32,000 nt of DNA, from positions 4,080,001-4,112,000 of the forward strand of contig NC_000962.3 in assembly GCF_000195955.2 (NCBI RefSeq), in the 5' to 3' direction. The notes below the pieces were generated by a model, which was not told the origin of the DNA, did not search any database, and saw nothing but the letters and a program-made list of their open reading frames with translations. Positions 18,100-27,084 of this stretch are shown here, one piece after another. The first letter of the stretch is position 1. Every line of letters starts with the position of its first letter. Position numbers and translations under genes: made by a program. Source of the DNA: Mycobacterium tuberculosis H37Rv. Its GTDB lineage: Bacteria > Actinomycetota > Actinomycetes > Mycobacteriales > Mycobacteriaceae.

Positions 18100-19148
18100 G
18101 CCGCCCTACCGTGTCGCCCTGACCCAGCACGTGGCAGCACACCAAGTACCCGTCGGGCAGCCGATGCCAGCACCGATCGCCGTCGCAGTCGAAGACCCCC
18201 GTGTTCCAGCTGTTCGGCTAGCCGCGGCTGGGCCCTCATGGATGCCAGTAGCGGCACCCCGGCGACGTCCGCGACCTCTGCCGCCCGCAATCCCCCCGGG
18301 GAGGGCCCCCGCACCACCAGACCCAGGTTGGGGTTGATCGCGGTCAGCACAGGCGCCATCGTCGCGGCGGCCGCACATGCCCGCACATCGCATGGGCTGA
18401 CCAGGACGACGAGATCGGCGGCATCCAGCGCTGCTTGGGTGGCATCGGTCAGACGACGTGGAAGATCGCAGACCACGGTGACTCCCCCACGTCGGCCGGC
18501 GTCGATCACGGCGTCCACCGGCCCGGCGTCTAACTCGTAGCCGCGCCGAGTTCCCGAGAGCACGCTGATCCCCCGCGGTCGCGGCAATGCCGCACGCACC
18601 GCCGACCAATTCAGCCGTCCACCCTGTAGCGCCAGGTCGGGCCAACGCAGACCGGGGGCGGTTTCGCCGCCCACCAGAAGATCGATGCCGCCGGCCCACG
18701 GATCGAGATCGACCAACAGCGCATCAGCGGCGGCCTGCGCCAGGGCAACCGCAAACAACGATGCCCCAGCGCCACCGCGACCCCCGATGACCGCGACCAC
18801 CGCCCCGCAGATCCCGTCATCGCGTGCCGATTCAGCAGCTTCGGCGAGCTCGCGGACCAGTTCACCCTCCTGCTCGGGCATCCTCAGCACGTGCTGGGCC
18901 CCGACGGTTATGGCAGCCGCCCAGGTCGCCGTCGCGGCTTCGGTTCCGGTCAACACGCTGACGTGGGTGCGCCGGGGTAGCGCGAGCCGCCCACACCGGT
19001 CCGCCGCCGCGTGGTCGAGCACCACAGCCGCCGCCGCCGACCACGTCTTTCTGCTCACCGGATGGCGGCCGCCGAGATGAACAACGCGAACCCCGACGGC
19101 TGCGGCGACTCGGTCCAGCTCGTCGCGCAACCCCGGATCGGTCAGCAT
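18096..19148 (-). CDS. ssd: Septum-site-determining-like / TadZ-CpaE-like protein (Rv3660c, 350 aa)
   Basis: MLTDPGLRDELDRVAAAVGVRVVHLGG...VVAVIGGRGGAGASLFAVALAQAAADALLVDLDPWAGGIDLLVGGE (deviant Walker A, MinD/ParA-like). Confidence 0.88.
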   Translation of the reverse strand: MLTDPGLRDELDRVAAAVGVRVVHLGGRHPVSRKTWSAAAAVVLDHAAADRCGRLALPRRTHVSVLTGTEAATATWAAAITVGAQHVLRMPEQEGELVRELAEAAESARDDGICGAVVAVIGGRGGAGASLFAVALAQAAADALLVDLDPWAGGIDLLVGGETAPGLRWPDLALQGGRLNWSAVRAALPRPRGISVLSGTRRGYELDAGPVDAVIDAGRRGGVTVVCDLPRRLTDATQAALDAADLVVLVSPCDVRACAAAATMAPVLTAINPNLGLVVRGPSPGGLRAAEVADVAGVPLLASMRAQPRLAEQLEHGGLRLRRRSVLASAARRVLGVLPRAGSGRHGRAA

Positions 19149-19388
19149 CGCCAACACGCCCGAGCCCACCGGGTGGCTACCAGACGGGCCACCAGGGCCT
19201 GAGAAGACTGTCACCCACCCACCGTGCGGGGTCCATGGTGTGGGACACCAGTCCCAAAGGCGCAATTGGGGACAGACGTGCAACTGTGCACAAACGCCCC
19301 TGAGGGGGTCCGGGCAACACGATTCCCGCAACGCCCAGAAAGCTGGGCTAAGCACCGGGCTGACGACGTTTGCGTGGCTGCCAAAAGG

Positions 19389-19426
19389 GACGACCCCCGC
19401 CAGGGGGGGAGGAGGCGAGGGTCGTC
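19389..19426. promoter_or_regulatory. Stable hairpin in the Rv3660c/Rv3661 divergent intergenic region
   Basis: GACGACCCCCGCC (19389-19401) pairs with GGCGAGGGTCGTC (19414-19426) with one mismatch; loop AGGGGGGGAGGA. Confidence 0.55.
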
Positions 19427-19646
19427 GTGCATCAGCCCCGGGGGGTCGGACTGATACACCCTCGGCTATGGCCGAGTAATGCTTACTATACACATGACAG
19501 TGCGCAGTCACGCAAGTACCGGACGCAATGGAAAGCACAGCTTGAGCCGTGTAAATGCTCTTGACTTCTCGACAACATCGGTAGTCAATTGACCTGTTCG
19601 GGAACAAGGTCGCCGGCCGGTCCAACTGCCGACCTATGCTGGGTCG

Positions 19647-20510
19647 GTGACCGTCTCCGACTCGCCCGCCCAGCGGCAAACCCCACCGCAAACACCGGGA
19701 GGCACCGCTCCGCGAGCCCGCACCGCGGCCTTTTTCGACCTGGACAAGACCATCATTGCCAAGTCCAGCACACTGGCGTTCAGCAAACCTTTCTTCGCTC
19801 AGGGACTGCTCAACCGCCGCGCCGTGCTGAAGTCCAGCTACGCGCAGTTCATCTTTCTGCTGTCCGGTGCTGACCATGACCAGATGGACCGGATGCGCAC
19901 CCACCTGACCAACATGTGCGCCGGTTGGGACGTAGCCCAGGTGCGGTCGATAGTCAACGAAACCCTGCACGACATCGTGACCCCACTGGTGTTCGCCGAG
20001 GCCGCGGACCTCATCGCCGCCCACAAGCTGTGCGGCCGCGACGTCGTGGTGGTCTCGGCTTCGGGCGAGGAGATCGTCGGCCCGATCGCCCGCGCGCTGG
20101 GCGCGACCCATGCGATGGCGACCCGGATGATCGTCGAGGACGGCAAGTACACAGGCGAGGTCGCGTTCTACTGCTACGGCGAAGGTAAGGCGCAAGCCAT
20201 CCGTGAGCTGGCTGCCAGTGAGGGCTACCCGCTGGAACACTGCTACGCGTACTCCGACTCGATCACCGATCTGCCGATGCTTGAGGCGGTTGGGCATGCC
20301 TCGGTGGTCAACCCTGATCGCGGCTTACGAAAGGAAGCCAGCGTGCGCGGTTGGCCCGTGTTGTCGTTCTCTCGGCCGGTGTCGCTGCGCGACCGGATCC
20401 CGGCACCGTCAGCCGCGGCGATCGCCACGACTGCGGCGGTGGGTATCAGCGCCCTAGCCGCCGGCGCGGTCACCTACGCGCTACTACGCCGCTTCGCGTT
20501 TCAGCCCTAG
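19647..20510 (+). CDS. HAD-superfamily phosphatase, SerB-like IB family (Rv3661, 287 aa)
   Basis: AAFFDLDKTIIAKSST, VVVVSASGEEIVGPIARALGATHAMATRMIVEDGKYTGE, GKAQAIRELAA, YAYSDSITDLPMLEAVGHASVVNPD. Confidence 0.92.
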   Translation: MTVSDSPAQRQTPPQTPGGTAPRARTAAFFDLDKTIIAKSSTLAFSKPFFAQGLLNRRAVLKSSYAQFIFLLSGADHDQMDRMRTHLTNMCAGWDVAQVRSIVNETLHDIVTPLVFAEAADLIAAHKLCGRDVVVVSASGEEIVGPIARALGATHAMATRMIVEDGKYTGEVAFYCYGEGKAQAIRELAASEGYPLEHCYAYSDSITDLPMLEAVGHASVVNPDRGLRKEASVRGWPVLSFSRPVSLRDRIPAPSAAAIATTAAVGISALAAGAVTYALLRRFAFQP

Positions 20511-20668
20511 CGACGATGCGGGCCACACAGTGGCCCGAGGAGGAACGGGGCCACGAAGCAGGCCGCCGGATCGCGCCCGAGCGGGCGGGCAGCAAACGTC
20601 TAGCCCACGCAATCCAAAGCCGCTTCGTAACTTTCGCAGAATTGGGCCTTGCTGTGTTAAAGGTCTAG

Positions 20669-20980
20669 TAGTACAAAGGAACCACGGAAGCCCGGTGAGG
20701 CCAAGGCTCGATCCAGAAGAGAAGGTTCGGTCTCCCGACCCGGGCGCCCAGCATGGTTCCCGGCACCCACGCGGAGTCATAGCCACGATAACGGCAGAAG
20801 TGTTGCGGGTCTGCGTAATTGCGAACAGCAGATGGCATCGACGGCCCTTTGGGTGGGGCTACAGCTAGAAGCGTCGCAAGATCGCCGAGGCCACCCACGC
20901 AACCCCAGGAGTGCACGCTTGGTAACCGAGAACCGTGTTGGTGGGCGGCGATTCGAGTTCTTCGGGTCGCCGCCTGCTTT
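20669..20980 (+). ncRNA. Abundant 6S-like small RNA MTS2823 (homologue of M. smegmatis Ms1)
   Basis: About 750 bp gap between Rv3661 and Rv3662c with no supported protein ORF. Ends in a GC-rich hairpin followed by TGCTTTTTG. Position between these two genes agrees with the published MTS2823 locus. The 5' end is from recalled literature, not derivable from sequence. Confidence 0.82.
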
Positions 20981-20984
20981 TTGT
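20944..20984 (+). terminator. Intrinsic terminator of the MTS2823/Ms1-like RNA
   Basis: GGCGGCGA (20944-20951) pairs with TCGCCGCC (20967-20974), followed by TGCTTTTTGTTTTC. Confidence 0.8.
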
Positions 20985-21264
20985 TTTCTGGATCAAGTAT
21001 TACGGCCATTCGAGGCCCGCCGGTTAGCCGCTCGGCTATCTAGGCGCGTAATTCAGTGACCGTTTGGCCGGGCTGTCTCGCGGCTGTGCCAGATCACAGC
21101 GGCGAAGTGCCGCAGCCGTGACCCGCTCGGGGTAGCCGGGCTGTTTGAGCAACCAGACACGCCGAACGTGCAACCACGGCGGCTCCACCCGGCGGGGCGT
21201 GTCCCCGCCACCAATGCACGTTCGGCGCAGCCGGCGCACCCTCGGCGCGGAGTTTAGGAACTAC

Positions 21265-22035
21265 TCATCCAGGTGACAACGACTCGGCAATCGACAAAGC
21301 CTCCCGCGCGCCGTCGAGCATCGCGCCGCAACACAGCAACAGCCAGCCCGCCACCCCATCAGGTGTGCCCCCGGCGAACCTGCGGGCAGCGTCGTGGTAT
21401 TCGGCGGGTTGGCGCATCCAAATCACTTCGGGAACACCCAGCCCGTGCGGATCCAGTCCGGTGGCGATTGTCACCAGCCGCGACACCGCGCGGGCCACCA
21501 CACCGTCGGCACAGCCAAACGGCCTCAGCGTCAAGAGCTCCCCGTGTGCGACCGCAGCAACCACCGGCGCCGATGCCAGGGTGGGGTGGGTTACCACATC
21601 CGCGAGCAACTCCAAACGCGGGCCAACGTCGGCATCGGACCGCGGACGCCCAAGCCGATCGTCATCGACCTGGTCGGCGGCCGCCAGCATGTGTAGGCGG
21701 GCCAGCGCCTGCAACGGTGCCCGCCGCCACACCCCGACCACCGGACCCGCGCCGCCTTCCAGCGCCTGCCCCACCCGAAGCGCTCCCGCGAACACCGGAT
21801 CGCTGAGCGCCGGCTTGCCCGAGGTGGGCGCCCCCGCGTCGTGCAGCCGCGCAGGACCACCGTCGAGCACCGAGGAGGCCCGCGCCGCCCGCAACGAGGC
21901 CTCGGCGGCGGCCACCGGCCAGCCCCGCAGGTTGGCCCGGTGCCGGTGCACGCGGCTCAGCGCGTCGCGCACCCGGTCGCTGGCCGCAGCAACGCCCGGG
22001 AGCTCCATTAGCGGAGCCAGCGGGTCGACCGTCAC
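21265..22035 (-). CDS. Conserved hypothetical protein with a degenerate Fic-like motif (Rv3662c, 256 aa)
   Basis: Complete ORF. Contains VAAVAHGELLTLRPFGCADGVVARAVSRLVTIATGLDP. GTG start overlaps the dppD TGA by 4 bp (GTGA). Confidence 0.87.
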   Translation of the reverse strand: MTVDPLAPLMELPGVAAASDRVRDALSRVHRHRANLRGWPVAAAEASLRAARASSVLDGGPARLHDAGAPTSGKPALSDPVFAGALRVGQALEGGAGPVVGVWRRAPLQALARLHMLAAADQVDDDRLGRPRSDADVGPRLELLADVVTHPTLASAPVVAAVAHGELLTLRPFGCADGVVARAVSRLVTIATGLDPHGLGVPEVIWMRQPAEYHDAARRFAGGTPDGVAGWLLLCCGAMLDGAREALSIAESLSPG

Positions 22036-23678
22036 AGGTTGCCAACCTTTCGGGGAGCTGAGGGGGCACCGGGAATGGCCTGAAGCAACTGGCGGGTGTA
22101 CTCGTGGCGGGGCCGGCTGAACACCTCCTCGGTAGAGGCGTGCTCCACCACCCGGCCGGCCCGCATGACCAGGACGTCGTCGGCAATCTGCCGGATCACC
22201 GCCAGATCATGGCTGATGAACAAATACGTCAAACCCAGGTCGGCCTGCAGATCGGCCAGCAGATCCAGGATCTGTGCCTGCACCAATACGTCGAGCGCCG
22301 ACACCGCTTCGTCGCACACCAATACCTCCGGGCGCAGCGCCAGCGCACGCGCGATCGCTACCCGCTGCCGCTGACCACCCGACAGCTCACGGGGCCGCCG
22401 GCCCAGTATCGACGACGGCAGCGCCACCTGATCGACCAGCTCACGCACCGCCCTTTGCCGCTGCCGGCGGTCACCGACGTGATGGACGCGTAACGGTTCC
22501 TCGATGGCGCGAAACACCGAGTACATGGGATCCAGGCTGCTGTATGGGTTTTGGAACACCGGCTGGACCCGGCGGCGAAAGGCCAGCACCTGGTCCCGGG
22601 CCAGCGCGCCGACGTCGTAGGTGCCGTCGAAAACGACCGTGCCCGAGGTAGGTTGGAGCAGCCCAAGCACCATCCGCGCTAGCGTCGACTTGCCTGACCC
22701 GGATTCGCCGACGATTGCCAGGGTGCTCGCCCGCGGTAGCCGGAATGACACTCCGTCGACGGCGCGAGACTCCACCCGCCGCCACGGTGCGCCGCGGGAC
22801 TCCCGGTAAATCTTGGTCAGCTCCGAGACGACGAGAATGTCGCCGGCCTGCGTGGTTGCCCGTGACCGGGATTCCGGCGGACGTCTGCTGCGCGCCGTCA
22901 GCGATGGAGCCGCGGCCACCAGGCGCCGGGTGTACTCGTGCTGAGGGCTTTGCAGGATTGACTGCGCCGCACCGGATTCCACCACCACTCCACGACGGAC
23001 GACGACGACAGCCTCGGCCCGCTGCGCGGCCAACGCCAGATCGTGGGTGATCAGTAGCAGCGCGGTGCCTAGTTCGTCGGTGAGTCCCTGAAGATGATCG
23101 AGCACCTGCCGCTGCACGGTGACATCCAACGCGGACGTCGGCTCATCGGCGATCAGCAGCCGCGGCCTGCCCGCCAAGCCGATCGCAATCAACGCCCGCT
23201 GGCACATGCCGCCGGACAGCTGATGCGGGTAGCGTCCGGCTTGCTTCGCCGGATCCGGCAGGCCCGCCTCAGCGAGTAGCTCCACCGCCCGTCGTCGTGC
23301 TGCGCGACCGTCGGTATTGGCCCGCAACGCTTCTGTGACCTGAAAGCCGACCTTCCAAACCGGATTGAGGTTGGTCATCGGATCCTGGGGAACATAGCCG
23401 ATCTCCCGTCCCCTTATCGACCGTAGCCGCTTGGCATCGGCCCCGGTGATGTCGCGCCCGTCGAACACAACGCGTCCAGCGGTGATCCGTCCACCAGCCG
23501 GAAGCAACCCAAGAATCGCCGCGGCCGTCGTGGATTTGCCCGACCCGGACTCACCCACCACGGCGACGGTTTGACCGCTCCGGACGGCCAGATCCACCCC
23601 ACACACGGCGGGAGCATCGGTGCCGAACGTAACTTCCAGGCCCTCCACCGACAACAGCGGCGCTGCTGGGACGCTCAT
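22032..23678 (-). CDS. dppD: Dipeptide/oligopeptide ABC transporter ATP-binding protein (two fused ABC domains)
   Basis: 548 aa. Two Walker A motifs (GESGSGKSTTAAAI and GESGSGKSTLARMV) and two signatures (LSGGMCQRALIA and LSGGQRQRVAIA). Confidence 0.96.
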   Translation of the reverse strand: MSVPAAPLLSVEGLEVTFGTDAPAVCGVDLAVRSGQTVAVVGESGSGKSTTAAAILGLLPAGGRITAGRVVFDGRDITGADAKRLRSIRGREIGYVPQDPMTNLNPVWKVGFQVTEALRANTDGRAARRRAVELLAEAGLPDPAKQAGRYPHQLSGGMCQRALIAIGLAGRPRLLIADEPTSALDVTVQRQVLDHLQGLTDELGTALLLITHDLALAAQRAEAVVVVRRGVVVESGAAQSILQSPQHEYTRRLVAAAPSLTARSRRPPESRSRATTQAGDILVVSELTKIYRESRGAPWRRVESRAVDGVSFRLPRASTLAIVGESGSGKSTLARMVLGLLQPTSGTVVFDGTYDVGALARDQVLAFRRRVQPVFQNPYSSLDPMYSVFRAIEEPLRVHHVGDRRQRQRAVRELVDQVALPSSILGRRPRELSGGQRQRVAIARALALRPEVLVCDEAVSALDVLVQAQILDLLADLQADLGLTYLFISHDLAVIRQIADDVLVMRAGRVVEHASTEEVFSRPRHEYTRQLLQAIPGAPSAPRKVGNL

Positions 23679-24538
23679 GCCCGCCATGCCCGCGAAGCCG
23701 GATCCAGCGCGTCGCGCAAAGCGTCGCCCATCATCATGAACGCCAGCACCGTAATCGCCAGCGCGCCCGCAGGATAGAACAAAATTGGCGAGCCCGACCG
23801 TAGCCGGGTCTGCGCGACATTGATGTCGCCACCCCAGGACACCACCGACGTCGGCAATCCGACCCCGAGGTAGGACAGCGTGGCCTCGGTGACGATGAAG
23901 ATCCCCAGAGCGACGGTAGCCACCGCGATCACCGGGCCCACGGCGTTGGGCAGCGCGTGCCGAAGCAGAATCTGAAACCTATTCAACCCCAATGCCTTAG
24001 CTGCAAGGACGTAATCGCTGGCACGCACCTCGAGCACCGCACCGCGCGCGATCCTGGCCACTTGCGGCCAGCCGAACAATGCCAAGATGGCGATCACCGT
24101 CCACACCGTGCGGTGATGCATGACTTGCATGAGCACGATGGCGGCCAACAGCAACGGCAAGCCGAGAAACACATCGGTGACCCGCGAAACCACCGCATCG
24201 ATCCAGCTCCCGTAAAAACCGGCCAATGCGCCTAACGCCCCGCCCACGACGAACACGGCCAGCGTTGCCCCCAACCCGACCGTGACCGAAGCCCGCGCAC
24301 CATACACCGTGCGCGAATAGATGTCGTGGCCCTGCAGGTCGGTGCCGAACCAGTGCGCGGCCGATGGCGCAAGCATGCTTTGGCTGGGATCGGCATAGGT
24401 GGGATCGGCTGCGGTAAACAACGACGGAAACGCCGCCACGACAAGAATCAGCAGGATCAGCGCCGCGGCGATCACGAATTTAGGACGCCGGCGCAACCCG
24501 CGCCAGGCATCGAGCCAGAACCCCGTGTGCTCAGCCAT
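23675..24538 (-). CDS. dppC: Dipeptide ABC transporter permease
   Basis: MAEHTGFWLDAWRGLRRRPKFVIAAALILLILVV...HWFGTDLQGHDIYSRTVYGARASVTVGLG...EVRASDYVLAAKALGLNRFQILLRHALPN. The ATG at 24538 gives 287 aa; the 266 aa annotation begins at GTG 24475. Confidence 0.93.
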   Translation of the reverse strand: MAEHTGFWLDAWRGLRRRPKFVIAAALILLILVVAAFPSLFTAADPTYADPSQSMLAPSAAHWFGTDLQGHDIYSRTVYGARASVTVGLGATLAVFVVGGALGALAGFYGSWIDAVVSRVTDVFLGLPLLLAAIVLMQVMHHRTVWTVIAILALFGWPQVARIARGAVLEVRASDYVLAAKALGLNRFQILLRHALPNAVGPVIAVATVALGIFIVTEATLSYLGVGLPTSVVSWGGDINVAQTRLRSGSPILFYPAGALAITVLAFMMMGDALRDALDPASRAWRA

Positions 24539-25457
24539 AGCGGATCCGCGGGTCCAGGGCCGCATACAGCAGATCCACCAACAGATTGGTGATCAGGTAG
24601 ATCAGCACCAGCACCGTCACGATCGACACCACCGTCGGCGTCTCCTGACGCGTGACCGCTTGATACAGCACGCCCCCGACGCCGTGGATGTTGAAGATTC
24701 CTTCGGTCACAATCGCTCCGCCCATCAGCGCGCCCAGATCCGCGCCCAGGAAGGTCACCACCGGAATCAGCGAATTGCGCAGAATGTGCACCGTCACCAC
24801 CCGGGGCCGCGACAACCCCTTGGCGGTGGCGGTGCGGACATAGTCAGCGTGTGCGTTGGCCGCCACCGCCGAGCGGGTCAATCGCACCACGTAGGCGAAT
24901 GACATGGCGCCCAGCACGATCCCGGGTAGCAGCAGGCGGCCGACGCTCGCCCGTTCGCCCACCGTGACCGGCGCGATTTCGAGCTGGACCCCGAATAAGA
25001 ACTGCGCCAGAAAGCCCAGCACGAAGATGGGGATCGCAATAATGACAAGTCCGGTAACCAGCACCGCGGAATCGAAGATTCCACCCTGACGTAGGCCGGC
25101 GATCACGCCGAATCCGATTCCGAGCACTGCCTCCACCGCCAGGGCGATCAAGGCCAGCCTGATGGTGACCGGAAACGCATGCGCCAGAACGGCACTGACC
25201 GGCAGCCCAGAATACGCACGACCCAAGTCACCGTGCAGAATTCCGCCCAGATAGCGCAAGTATTGCACGAGGAACGGATCGTCGAGGTGGTAATGCGAAC
25301 GCAGCTGCGCGGCCACCGCGGGAGTCAACGGACGGTCGCCCGCCAGCGCGGCAACTGGGTCACCGGGCAGCAGAAAGACCATGCCGTAGATCAGCAGTGT
25401 CGCGCCCAGGAAAACCGGCACCATCACGGCGACTCGGCGCGCAACATACCAGCCCAT
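24531..25457 (-). CDS. dppB: Dipeptide ABC transporter permease
   Basis: 308 aa MGWYVARRVAVMVPVFLGATLLIYGMVFLLPGDP...HADYVRTATAKGLSRPRVVTVHILRNSLIPVVT. Confidence 0.94.
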   Translation of the reverse strand: MGWYVARRVAVMVPVFLGATLLIYGMVFLLPGDPVAALAGDRPLTPAVAAQLRSHYHLDDPFLVQYLRYLGGILHGDLGRAYSGLPVSAVLAHAFPVTIRLALIALAVEAVLGIGFGVIAGLRQGGIFDSAVLVTGLVIIAIPIFVLGFLAQFLFGVQLEIAPVTVGERASVGRLLLPGIVLGAMSFAYVVRLTRSAVAANAHADYVRTATAKGLSRPRVVTVHILRNSLIPVVTFLGADLGALMGGAIVTEGIFNIHGVGGVLYQAVTRQETPTVVSIVTVLVLIYLITNLLVDLLYAALDPRIRYG

Positions 25458-25458
25458 G

Positions 25459-27084
25459 TCAGGCCTTGACGATGTTCTCGTAGTCGGGCAGACCATTCCA
25501 GGTGACGGTGACGTTGCTGACTTGCGACGACCATCCGACGACACTGATGTAATCCCAGAGCGGCACAACTGGCATGTCGTGAAACAGGATTCGCTGCGCG
25601 TCGTTGACCAGCTCGTGGGATTCGGTTAACGTGGGGGCGGCTTCGGCGGCGGCCAGCGCCGCGTCGAATTCCGGGTTGATGTAGCCGACGTCGTTGGATC
25701 CGGCGCCGGCGGTGAACAGCGGAGCGAGAAACTCGATCATCGACGGGTAGTCGCCCCGCCATCCAGCGCGAAATGCACTGTCGATGGCGCGGTTGGTGAT
25801 CTGGGTGCGAAATCCGGCGAAGGTGGGCTGCGGCGCGGCCACCGCATCGATGCCCAACACGTTCTTGATGCTGTTGGCCACCGCGTCCACCCAATCCCGA
25901 TGGCCAGCGTCAGCGTTATAGGCGATCGCGTACCGGCCGCTCCACGGTGAGATCGCATCGGCCTGCGCCCAGAGCCGCCGAGCCCGCTGCGGGTCGTAGT
26001 CCAGCACCTCGTTGCCCGGCAGGTTGGGATCGAAGCCCGGCAACGACCGGGCGGTGAAATCGCGGGCCGGACTGCGGGTTCCGGCGAAGATCTGCTGGCA
26101 GATTTGCGGCCGGTTGATGGCGGCCGACAGCGCCAACCGGCGCAGCCGCCCCTCCTCGCCACCGAAATGCGGCAGCCGCAACGGAGTGTCGAGGGTCTGA
26201 TTGATCGCTGCGGGCCCGCTGGTAGCGTGGTCGCCCAGGTCGCGCTGGTAGACCGTCAACGCGCTCGGCGGAATCGTGTCCAGGACATCGAGATTGCCGG
26301 ACAGCAAGTCGGCATAGGCGGTGTCCAGATTGGCGTAGAACTCGAATCGCAAACCTTTGTTACGGGGCTTGCGGTTGCCGTGGTAGTCGGGGTTGGGCAC
26401 CAGGTCGATTCTGACGTTGTGTTCCCAGGCCGGCCCGGCTGGGCCGTCGGCGAGTTTGTACGGGCCGTTGCCGATCGGGTTGCGGCCGAACGCGGCCATG
26501 TCCCGAAATGCGGAGTCCGGCAGCGGATAAAACGAGCTGTGGCCAAGGCGCAACGTGAAGTCGATGGTCGGCGCCTTAAGCCGCACGGTGAACTCCAGGT
26601 CGTTGACCACGCGCAACCCGGACATGGTGGTCCGGCTCTTATCCCCTGGCGCGCCGGCCACGTCATCGAACCCTTCGATCGGGCTGAAAAAGTGCTGCTG
26701 CAGTTGGGCATTGGTGCTCAGGGCTCCGTAGTTCCACGCGTCGACGAACGAGTGGGCCGTCACCGGCGAGCCGTCGGTGAACTTCCAGCCGGGTTTGACA
26801 GTGATCCGGTAGTTGACGTTATCGGCGCTCTCGATTGACTGCGCGACCTCCAGCGACGGCTTGCCAACGGCGTCATAGGACATCAGGCCGGCGAACAACC
26901 GATCGATGATGCGCCCACCGTTGCTGTCGTTGGTGCCGGTCGGGATCAGCGGGTTGGGCGGTTCCCCGCCGTTGACCAGCACCACGTCAGGGCTCAGGAC
27001 ACCGCCGCCACAACCGGCCACTGGCGCAAGCACCAGCAATCCGGTGGCAAGGGCTGCCAGGGCCGCCCGCATCTGACGCACCAT
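25459..27084 (-). CDS. dppA: Periplasmic dipeptide-binding lipoprotein (SBP family 5)
   Basis: 541 aa. Lipobox-type signal MVRQMRAALAALATGLLVLAPVAGCGGG; body with NGGEPPNPLIPTGTNDSNGGRIIDRLFAGLMSYDAVGKPSLEVAQSIES. Confidence 0.94.
   Translation of the reverse strand: MVRQMRAALAALATGLLVLAPVAGCGGGVLSPDVVLVNGGEPPNPLIPTGTNDSNGGRIIDRLFAGLMSYDAVGKPSLEVAQSIESADNVNYRITVKPGWKFTDGSPVTAHSFVDAWNYGALSTNAQLQQHFFSPIEGFDDVAGAPGDKSRTTMSGLRVVNDLEFTVRLKAPTIDFTLRLGHSSFYPLPDSAFRDMAAFGRNPIGNGPYKLADGPAGPAWEHNVRIDLVPNPDYHGNRKPRNKGLRFEFYANLDTAYADLLSGNLDVLDTIPPSALTVYQRDLGDHATSGPAAINQTLDTPLRLPHFGGEEGRLRRLALSAAINRPQICQQIFAGTRSPARDFTARSLPGFDPNLPGNEVLDYDPQRARRLWAQADAISPWSGRYAIAYNADAGHRDWVDAVANSIKNVLGIDAVAAPQPTFAGFRTQITNRAIDSAFRAGWRGDYPSMIEFLAPLFTAGAGSNDVGYINPEFDAALAAAEAAPTLTESHELVNDAQRILFHDMPVVPLWDYISVVGWSSQVSNVTVTWNGLPDYENIVKA

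Noticed and set aside
20665-21239. Minus-strand ORFs of 114 and 67 aa and + ORFs of 74-75 aa around the Ms1-like RNA
   Set aside because: Arginine-rich, unsupported, and overlapping an RNA locus with its own terminator.
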